A stretch of 31,614 nt of DNA from a virus (IMGVR_UViG_3300032218_000524:1-31614), one strand, 5' to 3'. Counted from the first letter of the stretch, positions 1 through 8,417 are shown. Notes: generated by a model not told the origin, from the sequence alone. A program made the numbers and translations.

Positions 1-123
1 CATTCGTTAATGATGCATCAAGAAAGCCTATTGTAGATGATTTAGGTACTTCAGATTTAACTAAAGAAGATTTTGCAAGGGTAGATAGCTTAATTCAAGT
101 TAACATCTTTAGTGGTCATCAAA
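1..123. repeat. Terminal direct repeat, copy 1 (circular assembly overlap)
   Basis: 1-123 is identical to 31492-31614. Confidence 0.97.
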
Positions 124-1202
124 TTACCACACCTTCGATATTCGGTATTGCTGAAGCTGGAAAGTTAGGAAGCAGAACAGAGATGAGAGATGGATATGAG
201 ATTTTTAAGAATACTTATGTTAATTCAAAGCAAATGTTCTTGGAATCTACATTTAATATGTTAGCAGGATTTGCTGGTTATCCAGAAGATTTAAAGATTA
301 TTCCAACAGAGCCAGTAGGTATCGAATTAAGTGAAACAGGATTGCTTCAGATAATGAGCAAAGATGAGTTAAGAGAGAAACTTGGTTTACCTATACTTGA
401 AGTACAATCAACTTCTACTAATCAAGATGTGATTGATGCCATCAATAGCCTATCGCCTTTGGTAGCTAATAAGGTATTAGATCAATTAACACCAAATGAG
501 TTAAGAGCTTTGGTATCTTTACAACCAGCACAAGGTGGGGAATCAATTCCAACTGCTCAACCTGTACAACAACCTGTACAACAATTTTCAGATATTGAAA
601 GCTTAAAAATATTTGAGGAATTTGGGGAATCAAAAGATAGCTTTAATGTATGGAAGCAAAAGAATGTCTTCCAAGATGTAGAACTATTCGCTGATGTAAC
701 ACAGATTCAATCTTCAATACTTGATTTAATAAGTAAGGATAAAAGGATTACACCTGAAGTTATAGCAGATACATTAAAAGAAGATATTAGTACAGTTAAG
801 AATATTATAAAGGATTTAGAAGATAAAGGATTCTTAAAGTCTAAAGAAAGCAAAATAGGTAAAGGAATAGATGAGAATGTAATAGTTGAAAGAACATTAA
901 CACAACCTTTGTCAGATATAGTAGAAGCAGTAAGACCTAAAACAACTGCATTTTTAATTCGCTATTCTTATGAATGGAAGGCTGGTTTTAGCGATATTAA
1001 TTTAGTAACAAGTAGGGATTTTTGTAAATATGTTTTAGCCGCAAATAAGATGTATAGTAGAAGCGAAATAGAAACTATGTCTGCAAGACTTGGATATTCT
1101 GTATGGGATAGACGTGGCGGATGGTGGACTAAAAAAGGTACTAATATACATTCAGAATCTTGTAGACATATATGGAAATCAAACATAGTAACACGAAAAT
1201 AA
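1..1202 (+). CDS. Portal protein, 3' part (gene starts at 30771 and crosses the join; 640 aa total), with C-terminal winged-HTH and MuF-like extension
   Basis: The frame is open from base 3 into the listed 183..1202 ORF and continuous with the ORF starting at 30771. Portal-like GHQITTPSIFGI..GKLGSRTE and DELREKLGL; wHTH-like SILDLISKDKRITPEVIADTLKEDISTVKNIIKDLEDKGFL; terminal SRDFC...CRHIW. Confidence 0.8.
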   Translation, partial: FVNDASRKPIVDDLGTSDLTKEDFARVDSLIQVNIFSGHQITTPSIFGIAEAGKLGSRTEMRDGYEIFKNTYVNSKQMFLESTFNMLAGFAGYPEDLKIIPTEPVGIELSETGLLQIMSKDELREKLGLPILEVQSTSTNQDVIDAINSLSPLVANKVLDQLTPNELRALVSLQPAQGGESIPTAQPVQQPVQQFSDIESLKIFEEFGESKDSFNVWKQKNVFQDVELFADVTQIQSSILDLISKDKRITPEVIADTLKEDISTVKNIIKDLEDKGFLKSKESKIGKGIDENVIVERTLTQPLSDIVEAVRPKTTAFLIRYSYEWKAGFSDINLVTSRDFCKYVLAANKMYSRSEIETMSARLGYSVWDRRGGWWTKKGTNIHSESCRHIWKSNIVTRK

Positions 1203-1203
1203 A

Positions 1204-1788
1204 ATGAGCTTAAACGTATTATTTATATCGGTAGATACGATAAAAGATAGAACAGGTCTACATAATAACGTAGATGATAAACTTGTTAAACCAGAGATAA
1301 AGACTGCTCAAGATATGTATATCTTACCAGCACTCGGATCGTCTTTATATAATAGATTACAAGCTGGAATAACAGCAAATGATTTAACTGCAAATGAGAT
1401 TTTACTTCTTGATAATTATGTAGTAGATACTTTGGTTAACTATGTCTTAAGTGAACTTCCTCAAGGGATGTCATTTCAGTTTTACAACAAAGGATTACTA
1501 AGAAAACAAGGGGATAATAGCGAATATCCATCAATGCAAGATATGATTGATGTGGCTAATCGTTACAGAGCCAGAGCAGAATTTTACAAGCAAAGATTAA
1601 TTAAATATTTAAAGCAGAATAATGTGTTATATCCTCAATATTTAAATTTTGGAAGTGGTATTGATGCAATTAAGCCAGAGAATGATGGTTATACTGCATC
1701 GGTTTATCTTGGGGATAGTTACTGCTGTGGAGGTGCTAAGACATTTAAAGAACTTTATCAAGGTAATAATCCAACTTGTTGTCAATGA
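1204..1788 (+). CDS. Putative head-tail adaptor/connector protein
   Basis: 194-aa helical ORF directly after the portal; AQDMYILPALGSSLY-type motif; position. Confidence 0.55.
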   Translation: MSLNVLFISVDTIKDRTGLHNNVDDKLVKPEIKTAQDMYILPALGSSLYNRLQAGITANDLTANEILLLDNYVVDTLVNYVLSELPQGMSFQFYNKGLLRKQGDNSEYPSMQDMIDVANRYRARAEFYKQRLIKYLKQNNVLYPQYLNFGSGIDAIKPENDGYTASVYLGDSYCCGGAKTFKELYQGNNPTCCQ

Positions 1789-1910
1789 GTAAAGAAGTAA
1801 ACATTAAGAATCAAGAAAAACTAAAAGTTTATCTAAAAAAGAATGGCATACACATTAAATCAAATAGTAAAAAAGATAACGGACTACGGAAACCAACACG
1901 CTCAAATTGA
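1785..1910 (+). CDS. Small basic protein (41 aa, MSKEVNIKNQEKLKVYLKKNG...)
   Basis: Not in the ORF track; ATGA overlap with the upstream stop; overlaps the next gene in another frame. Confidence 0.4.
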   Translation: MSKEVNIKNQEKLKVYLKKNGIHIKSNSKKDNGLRKPTRSN

Positions 1911-2271
1911 GTATGTGCTTTATGGTGATGTAGTAGATCATTTATCTTTAGGCGAAGTTACTTATCCAGCATTCTTTTTTAATATGTCTGGAATAAGTAT
2001 GCAATTTAAACAGATAACTTATACATTTAGTTTATATTTTTTAGATAGGCAGATAGAAAATACAGAGCAAATAGAAGTTCAGTCTGACCAAATTCAAATA
2101 TGCCAAGATATAGTCGCACAAATTAGAAACAATTCTAATGAGTGGATAATTTCAGAGAATATACCTATGGATTATTTCTGTGAAACAGAGCCAGATGTTT
2201 TGGCTGGAGTTAAAGCAGATATAAGCATAACAGTTTCATCTATTAATAATCGTTGTCAGATACCTGTGTAA
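1843..2271 (+). CDS. Putative tail terminator/tail completion protein
   Basis: 142 aa, acidic, YPAFF motif and beta-rich pattern typical of tail-completion proteins; structural context. Confidence 0.55.
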   Translation: MAYTLNQIVKKITDYGNQHAQIEYVLYGDVVDHLSLGEVTYPAFFFNMSGISMQFKQITYTFSLYFLDRQIENTEQIEVQSDQIQICQDIVAQIRNNSNEWIISENIPMDYFCETEPDVLAGVKADISITVSSINNRCQIPV

Positions 2272-2272
2272 T

Positions 2273-4555
2273 ATGGAATCAAAAAAAATTAATCAGTTAG
2301 CGACAAACCTTGCACCAGTATCAACAGATTTAACAGTTATAGGTAATCCTACTACTGGAGAATTAAAGAAGATAACTTTATCACAAATATCATCGCTATT
2401 TGGTGGGGGTATTGGTTCAATAGGAATGGTAGTTCCATCGGGATTTTCAGTAAGTCCAGCTACTTTAACTGCTAATGGAACTTTTACAATATCAGGTGCA
2501 GGAACTACGGCACAATATATAAGAGGCGATGGTAGTTTAGCGACATTCCCAAGTTTCTTATCTTCAGATAGACTAATTCAAGAAGTTAGGAATAATAGTG
2601 GTGCTACGATGCTAAAAGGAACTATTGTATATATCAATGGTGCAGTAGGTAATAAGGCAACAATAGCCAAAGCATTAGCCACAAGTGATGCTACTTCTGC
2701 TCAAACTTATGGGGTAGTACAAGATGACATACCTAACAATTCAAATGGTTATGTAGTTGTAATTGGAGAAGTTACAGGATTAGATACGAGTGCATTATCA
2801 GATGGTCAGCAATTATATTTAAGTGGTACAACTGCTGGTTATTATACAACAACTAAACCTTATGCACCTATTCATTTAGTTTATGTAGCAGTAGTGTTAC
2901 GTTCTCATCCTACACTTGGTGTATTAGGAGTCAAGATTGGTAACGGATATGAAATGGATGAACTTCATAACGTATCTGCACAAAGTCCTTCCAATAATGA
3001 TGGCTTATTTTATAATTCTACTACTTCTCTTTGGGAGAAAAATACTATTTCTGGTGTACTTGGTTACACTCCAGCCTCATCTTCTTTATATGTTCCATAT
3101 ACAGGAGCAACAACTAATGTAGATTTAGGAACAAATAATTTATTAGGTAAAGTATTATTCATAAAAGAACAAACTGCTGGAAGTTTTAGTAATACAAGTG
3201 GATTTACTGCAATAAATGTAAGTGATTCTTATTTTTCATTTTCAAGAAGTTCAAGTCAAAGAGCAAGTTTCTACTATCAGCCAAATGCTTATTCATATAC
3301 ATTACCTTCATCTTCTGGAACATTAGCATTAACAAGTGATATTCCTTCATTGACAGGATATGTTCCTACAACAAGAACAATAAGTACAACATCGCCTTTA
3401 AGTGGTGGTGGGGATTTATCAGCAAATAGAACTTTATCTATTACTCAAGCTACAACTTCAGTTAGTGGATATCTTTCAAGTACAGATTGGAATACATTTA
3501 ATGGTAAACAAGATGCTATAACATTAACTACTACTGGGACAAGTGGTGCAGCTACTTTGGTAGGTTCAACATTAAATATTCCACAATATTCAGGAACAAA
3601 CATCTATAATGCAGATGGAACATTAGCTAGTAATAGGATTGTAACAATGGCTGCATACAATCTATCATTTAATTCTACTGCAAGAACAAGTGGTGCAGCA
3701 TATACAATTACTGCTATACAGACAACAAGGAATGCAACTGATACAAATGATGCTGCTTTATCTGCTTCTTATACTTATGCTTCAACAAACGTATCTGCAC
3801 AAGCACTATCAAGAGTAATGGCTTTAAATTTAATTTCAAGTGCTACTGGAGGAGGTATAAATGATTATAGAGGAATAGATATAAATGTTCAATTAAATAC
3901 TACTAATGGTGCTGATGCTAATAATATAGTATATATTGCCAATACTACTTCTGCCACAATAATTACTCAAAGAGGATTTATTATAGATTCAATGCAAGGT
4001 ACTAATAGAGGTGCTTTTGTATCAAATGCAATAGGTGGAAGTAATTCTACATATTTATTAATTGGAACTAAAACAATACCATCTGGAACTTGGGGAATAT
4101 ATCAAACAGAATCTACATTTAATAACTATTTTAATGGTAAAATTTTAATAGGTACAACAACAGATGCTGGATACAATTTAGACATAAATGGTAGTGCAAG
4201 AATACAAGGAAACGTTGTTTATGAATGTTTCCAACCAACTACAACAACTGTTGCATCAACGGCAACATTAACACCTGATTTAAGTTTAGGCGATACTTTT
4301 ACAATAACTGCTCAAGCTGCATCATTATCTGTTGCTAATCCTACTGGAAGTCCTGTTAATGGACAAAAAATGATGATAAGGATTAAAGATAATGGAACTG
4401 CAAGGGCTATTTCTTGGAGTGGTAGTCAATATAGAGCATCAACTGATCTAACATTGCCAAGTACTACAATAGTGAGTAAAACAGTATATCTTGGATTCAT
4501 ATATAATTCAATAGATACTAAATGGGATTTGATAGCTTTATTAAATAACTTCTAA
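2273..4555 (+). CDS. Tail fibre / receptor-binding protein
   Basis: 760 aa, G/S/T-rich and modular: KKINQL anchor, QYIRGDGSLA, YVPYTGATTNVDLG, GYLSSTDWNTFNGKQ, IGTTTDAGYNLDING, C-terminal beta domain. Confidence 0.8.
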   Translation: MESKKINQLATNLAPVSTDLTVIGNPTTGELKKITLSQISSLFGGGIGSIGMVVPSGFSVSPATLTANGTFTISGAGTTAQYIRGDGSLATFPSFLSSDRLIQEVRNNSGATMLKGTIVYINGAVGNKATIAKALATSDATSAQTYGVVQDDIPNNSNGYVVVIGEVTGLDTSALSDGQQLYLSGTTAGYYTTTKPYAPIHLVYVAVVLRSHPTLGVLGVKIGNGYEMDELHNVSAQSPSNNDGLFYNSTTSLWEKNTISGVLGYTPASSSLYVPYTGATTNVDLGTNNLLGKVLFIKEQTAGSFSNTSGFTAINVSDSYFSFSRSSSQRASFYYQPNAYSYTLPSSSGTLALTSDIPSLTGYVPTTRTISTTSPLSGGGDLSANRTLSITQATTSVSGYLSSTDWNTFNGKQDAITLTTTGTSGAATLVGSTLNIPQYSGTNIYNADGTLASNRIVTMAAYNLSFNSTARTSGAAYTITAIQTTRNATDTNDAALSASYTYASTNVSAQALSRVMALNLISSATGGGINDYRGIDINVQLNTTNGADANNIVYIANTTSATIITQRGFIIDSMQGTNRGAFVSNAIGGSNSTYLLIGTKTIPSGTWGIYQTESTFNNYFNGKILIGTTTDAGYNLDINGSARIQGNVVYECFQPTTTTVASTATLTPDLSLGDTFTITAQAASLSVANPTGSPVNGQKMMIRIKDNGTARAISWSGSQYRASTDLTLPSTTIVSKTVYLGFIYNSIDTKWDLIALLNNF

Positions 4556-4980
4556 TGACAACTTTAAAATCTTATTTAGTTTATCCTGTATATGCAGATG
4601 GTATAACATTTTCATCAAATGCTTCAGGTACTTCTTGGGGTGGATTTGATGGTTGGACTACAATCGTACCTGCTAATACAATAACAACATCAATAAATTT
4701 ATGTGGTGTATATTTTCAATTTGGTAGTGCTACTGGTGCAGGAGTATTGCAGGAATATGTTATTGAATTAGGTTATGGTTCATTTGGTTCTGAAACAGCC
4801 TTAATACAATTCCCTATTTCATATCGAAATATAAATGGTATTGGACAAAGTAAACCTACAACAATTTTAGTTCCAGAGCCAGTACCTATTCCTGCAAATG
4901 TAAGAATAGCTATAAGAGGTGCAAATAATTTAACAGTAGGTTCTGCAATAAATTTAACAAAAATAATATATCAAGCATAA
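4555..4980 (+). CDS. Tail-fibre-associated beta-rich protein, paralogue A
   Basis: TAATG-coupled to the fibre; shares EL(G/A)xG..GSE..IQxP and PEP....RI..R motifs with the next two ORFs. Confidence 0.7.
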   Translation: MTTLKSYLVYPVYADGITFSSNASGTSWGGFDGWTTIVPANTITTSINLCGVYFQFGSATGAGVLQEYVIELGYGSFGSETALIQFPISYRNINGIGQSKPTTILVPEPVPIPANVRIAIRGANNLTVGSAINLTKIIYQA

Positions 4981-5401
4981 TGGCAACAACAACAAATAAA
5001 TATTACGCTTATCCTGTATTAGCAAATGGAATAACAGTTACTTCTGGCACATCTTGGGCAAATGGATCGTGGACGCAAATAGTACCAGCAAGTACGATAA
5101 CAAGTACTTTTTATATTACAGGATTAACTTGGTGCTTTATTGCTGCTACGGCTACTGCAACAACATATGAATTCTTATTTGAATTAGGTACTGGTGCTGC
5201 TGCATCTGAAGTATCTATTATTCAAGTTCCTGTATCATTGAGAAATATTACTAACGTAGGATATACACCTACAAATCTTGTGATATTTCCAGAGCCAGTT
5301 CAAGTATCAGCAAATACAAGAATATCTTGTAGATTATCAAATAGTAGCACAACTGCATATGCTATACCAGCAGTTAAAATATTTTATCAAGCATAATGGC
5401 A
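4969..5401 (+). repeat. 17-bp direct repeat TATCAAGCATAATGGCA at 4969-4985 and 5385-5401
   Basis: Exact match spanning the A/B and B/C stop-start junctions. Confidence 0.9.
4980..5396 (+). CDS. Tail-fibre-associated beta-rich protein, paralogue B
   Basis: YPVLANGIT, WTQIVPASTITS, ELGTGAAASE, PEPVQVSANTRI and KIFYQA align with paralogue A. Confidence 0.7.
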   Translation: MATTTNKYYAYPVLANGITVTSGTSWANGSWTQIVPASTITSTFYITGLTWCFIAATATATTYEFLFELGTGAAASEVSIIQVPVSLRNITNVGYTPTNLVIFPEPVQVSANTRISCRLSNSSTTAYAIPAVKIFYQA

Positions 5402-5857
5402 GTAAATAATATTTTAAGTTTAACATCTAATACAAGTGGAATTGCACTAACAAGTGGAAGTGGTTCTGCTTGGGCAGTAAGTAGTTATGTTCAAATGACT
5501 GCTGGTTTATCAATACCTATTGCAATAATAGGATTTTCATATATGATAGAAGGTAATGCTGGTGCTGGTGCTAATTTAGGTTCTTTATTAGAACTTGCTA
5601 TTGGTGCATCAGGTTCTGAAATGATTAAAATACAAATGCCTTCAACTGTTAGAACGCAATCAGTAGCTGGATATAATCATCAAACTATATATGAGGTTAA
5701 ATTACCAGAGCCATATTTAATTCCAATTAGTACAAGAATAGCAATTAGAGGTAGTGTAAGTGATGCAACTGGTGGTATATCATTTGGTAATGTTAAGATA
5801 TACTATTATGAAAAGTCTGCACCAACAAGAAATTCAAACTTTATAACATTCTTTTAA
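5396..5857 (+). CDS. Tail-fibre-associated beta-rich protein, paralogue C
   Basis: ELAIGASGSE, IQMP, PEPYLIPISTRIAIRG, VKIYY; extra tail ending NFITFF. Confidence 0.7.
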   Translation: MAVNNILSLTSNTSGIALTSGSGSAWAVSSYVQMTAGLSIPIAIIGFSYMIEGNAGAGANLGSLLELAIGASGSEMIKIQMPSTVRTQSVAGYNHQTIYEVKLPEPYLIPISTRIAIRGSVSDATGGISFGNVKIYYYEKSAPTRNSNFITFF

Positions 5858-5868
5858 AAATAAATAAA

Positions 5869-6129
5869 ATGAAACAAATACAAGCAAAATCAATTTGGAT
5901 TAATGGAGAAGAAAAAAATGCTGAATTTATAAATGTAGTAAGCATTTATGATGATCTATTTTCAAGAGCAATTTTTCATTATCAATTATTAACTATTGAG
6001 CAATTAGAACTTGCAAAAGGTAATGTTGATATATCAGATGAAAACTATCTTTTATGGGGAACTGCAAATGATATAAACTTAAGTGCATATGAATATGTTA
6101 CAACTAAACTTAATTTAGTATTGGCATAG
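5869..6129 (+). CDS. Hypothetical protein, possibly tail fibre assembly/accessory
   Basis: 86-aa ORF closing the fibre module; A-rich leader. Confidence 0.5.
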   Translation: MKQIQAKSIWINGEEKNAEFINVVSIYDDLFSRAIFHYQLLTIEQLELAKGNVDISDENYLLWGTANDINLSAYEYVTTKLNLVLA

Positions 6130-6135
6130 ATTTTG

Positions 6136-6143
6136 TACATTTG
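6136..6143 (+). promoter_or_regulatory. Bacteroidota-type -7 promoter box TACATTTG
   Basis: Matches TAnnTTTG; intergenic, 16 nt before ATG 6160. Confidence 0.6.
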
Positions 6144-6159
6144 AAGCAAAATATATTTT

Positions 6160-6306
6160 ATGACAATCATTGAACTTAAAGCACAGATTTATGATTATTT
6201 AGCACAACTTGAGTATATCCAAAAGAAGATTCAAGAAGCTAATAAAGAACTGCAAGAACTAATTGAGAAACAACCAGTACAAGAACTTCAAATTGTAAAA
6301 GATTAA
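6160..6306 (+). CDS. Small coiled-coil protein (48 aa, MTIIELKAQIYDYLAQLEYIQKKIQEANKELQEL...)
   Basis: Manually translated; heptad pattern; follows a promoter box. Confidence 0.7.
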   Translation: MTIIELKAQIYDYLAQLEYIQKKIQEANKELQELIEKQPVQELQIVKD

Positions 6307-6324
6307 ACCAAAAAACAAAACAAA

Positions 6325-6483
6325 ATGAAAATTTTATTTTCAAACATCAAGACAACTTTGTTCGGTGCAGTCGCTGGTATTCCAATGATCTTGGAAGGTG
6401 TTGCACATAAGGACTGGGCAAAAATTGCAACAGGCGTAGGTACTTTACTTATCGGCTTGTTCGCAAAAGACCATAACAAATAG
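6325..6483 (+). CDS. Small two-TM membrane protein, holin-like (52 aa)
   Basis: Manually translated MKILFSNIKTTLFGAVAGIPMILEGVAHKDWAKIATGVGTLLIGLFAKDHNK; two hydrophobic segments; A-rich leader. Confidence 0.6.
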   Translation: MKILFSNIKTTLFGAVAGIPMILEGVAHKDWAKIATGVGTLLIGLFAKDHNK

Positions 6484-6513
6484 TTGCTTTATTAATTTAA
6501 AGCATTATCTTTG
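6484..6513 (+). promoter_or_regulatory. Bacteroidota-type promoter TTG-N19-TATCTTTG containing palindrome TGCTTTA-N6-TAAAGCA
   Basis: Consensus -33/-7 spacing; inverted repeat at 6485-6504. Confidence 0.6.
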
Positions 6514-6539
6514 TTGAAGTTTAGTCTTTAAAGTGGTTT

Positions 6540-6568
6540 CCTCTCCCCTAAAAAGGAGAGGTTTTTTT
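6540..6568 (+). terminator. Intrinsic terminator
   Basis: CCTCTCC-8nt-GGAGAGG followed by T7. Confidence 0.85.
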
Positions 6569-6606
6569 ATATATACGCATAAGATACCAAACAAAAAAAT
6601 AAACTT

Positions 6607-6647
6607 TTTGCTTAAAATTGTGGATTGTTAAGTAGATTTGTGGAAAC
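6607..6647 (+). promoter_or_regulatory. Early promoter (TAGATTTG 6633-6640) flanked by two TTGTGGA repeats
   Basis: TAnnTTTG box 21 nt before ATG 6662; TTTG at 6607; TTGTGGA at 6618 and 6638. Confidence 0.6.
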
Positions 6648-6661
6648 AAAACAAAATCACA

Positions 6662-7246
6662 ATGAAGACAATTCAAATCAAAGGCAAGGACTATGTAACA
6701 GTCAATGAGCGTATCAAGTTTATCGCAGACAATTTCGAGTATTCAATCGCATCTGATTATGAATACTTTCCAGAACAAAAAATGTGGGTAGTTAAAGCTA
6801 CTCTATCAATCAACAAAGAAGGTTTAGCATATGAATATGTTGGCCTTGCTCAAGAAGTTGAAAGTTCCAATTACAAAGATGTTAACCATACATCAGCTTT
6901 AGAGAATGCACAAACCAGTGCAGTTGGAAGAGCGTGTGCGATGGCAGGAATAGGTATTGATGGTGGTATGGCTTCAGCAGATGAAGTTCAAAAAGCTATT
7001 AATAGAACTGATGAGGTCGGAGAAGATTCAAGACTTTATCTTTTGTCATTACTTGAGAATACTACTTATGACGAACAAGCAAAAGAAAAACTTGCTATGA
7101 GAATTGAAGGCATCTTAAAGCAAGATGATTACACTAAGGCATTATCTAATTTGCAGATGAATCAGATTGAGGACAAAGATCGTATCTCAATGGGATTACC
7201 TTACAACCAATCCGATATTAAGAAAACTTTAAAGAATTTAAAATGA
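6662..7246 (+). CDS. Putative single-strand annealing recombinase (Rad52/Sak-like)
   Basis: KGKDYVTVNERI and SALENAQTSAVGRA..GIG motifs; ATG 6662 preferred because TTG 6638 lies inside the promoter box. Confidence 0.6.
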   Translation: MKTIQIKGKDYVTVNERIKFIADNFEYSIASDYEYFPEQKMWVVKATLSINKEGLAYEYVGLAQEVESSNYKDVNHTSALENAQTSAVGRACAMAGIGIDGGMASADEVQKAINRTDEVGEDSRLYLLSLLENTTYDEQAKEKLAMRIEGILKQDDYTKALSNLQMNQIEDKDRISMGLPYNQSDIKKTLKNLK

Positions 7247-7608
7247 TTGAACAATATAACGACTACTATCAAAGGATGCTAAAGTATCTTGCAGAGCCAT
7301 TACCTACGGAATATTCAGACCTATTAACAAGGATAGGTAAACTTGGAGTACTAATGGCAAAAGCTGGAGAATACCTTACCGAATGTCAATACAAAATTGA
7401 TAGTGTTATTGATACTGAATGTCAGGCCAATATAGAATTACTTGATAAGTATTCAGCTTCTACATTCAATATGATGATTAAGGCTAAAGGTAAGGACTGG
7501 AATCGCCTTAAAACAGGTTTTGAGAAATGTTGCTCAACTTCAGTACATCAAATAGATGCAATCAGAACAATTTTATCATTCGAAAAGGCTAAAATGAATC
7601 TCATATGA
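7243..7608 (+). CDS. Hypothetical helical protein
   Basis: 121-aa ORF, ATGA-coupled on both sides. Confidence 0.6.
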   Translation: MIEQYNDYYQRMLKYLAEPLPTEYSDLLTRIGKLGVLMAKAGEYLTECQYKIDSVIDTECQANIELLDKYSASTFNMMIKAKGKDWNRLKTGFEKCCSTSVHQIDAIRTILSFEKAKMNLI

Positions 7609-7787
7609 GCGATTACCAAAAGATACCTACCCACGAAAGGATGCTTATACTTGCAAAAGTGTACCATAATATGTGGTATGATGACTTACGATTTAATATG
7701 GTTATGAATCTCATTGATAGTTGGGATAACAATCCAATAAAGGAAGCCAAATTTTTAGATGAGATAACAGATAAGATAGAATTATAA
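7605..7787 (+). CDS. Hypothetical protein
   Basis: 60-aa ORF, ATGA-coupled. Confidence 0.6.
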   Translation: MSDYQKIPTHERMLILAKVYHNMWYDDLRFNMVMNLIDSWDNNPIKEAKFLDEITDKIEL

Positions 7788-7802
7788 ACAAAAACAAATA
7801 AA

Positions 7803-8015
7803 ATGGAGAAGCAACAAGAATTTGCACAAGGAATTTTCCTGACAAAGACAAGTAAAGGTTATTTTAATTTATCAATCAAGCAAGAAGATGGATCATACAA
7901 GAAGTATGTGGCCTTTGAATCCAAGAAAGATGACAAATACGGAGGGAGGATATATTCAGTCTTTGATAAGCAAGAAAGAACAGAACAAAAACCTAAGGAA
8001 GATTTACCTTTCTAA
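7803..8015 (+). CDS. Small single-stranded DNA-binding protein
   Basis: Beta-rich 70 aa with SSB-type C-terminus EDLPF; near the recombinase. Confidence 0.65.
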   Translation: MEKQQEFAQGIFLTKTSKGYFNLSIKQEDGSYKKYVAFESKKDDKYGGRIYSVFDKQERTEQKPKEDLPF

Positions 8016-8027
8016 ATAAAAACAACT

Positions 8028-8417
8028 ATGAGGACTGAAGCATTGAGAGCATTAATTAAAAGCCATTATAATCTTATTCATAGATTAGAGGATATACTTG
8101 ATTCAACACCAACAAGAAGGCGAGATTTTGTATGTCCAGAGGATATAATAATTGATGCAGTCAACCAAGAATTCCACACAGATTGTCAGAAACATTCAAG
8201 AGTACTCAAGGTCATCTATGCACGACACGCAGCCTGTTATCTTTTAAAGAAACATACTACAATGATTTGGAAAGATATTGCCTATGCAACTGGTAATTCT
8301 GACCATTCTACTGCTATGGCATCTTATAAAGCCTGTATTAATTTAATGTCTACTAATGATGAATATCTTGGAAAGGTAGAACGAATAATTAAAATTTTGG
8401 AAGAAGCTAAAATTTAA
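8028..8417 (+). CDS. DnaA C-terminal (domain IV)-like HTH DNA-binding protein
   Basis: ARHAACYLLKKHT...DIAYATGNSDHSTAMASYK resembles the DnaA RQxAMYL...IG..FGGRDHTTV signature. Confidence 0.75.
   Translation: MRTEALRALIKSHYNLIHRLEDILDSTPTRRRDFVCPEDIIIDAVNQEFHTDCQKHSRVLKVIYARHAACYLLKKHTTMIWKDIAYATGNSDHSTAMASYKACINLMSTNDEYLGKVERIIKILEEAKI

Noticed and set aside
558-584. 12-bp tandem repeat CAACCTGTACAA
   Set aside because: Simple duplication encoding a QPVQ linker.
1835-1841. A AAA AAG slippery heptamer in the mini-ORF
   Set aside because: The -1 frame stops within a few codons; the downstream gene is in the +1 frame.
2273-5857. Diversity-generating retroelement or invertase shufflon acting on fibre genes
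   Set aside because: No reverse transcriptase or recombinase motifs, no template/variable repeat pair, and all modules share one orientation.
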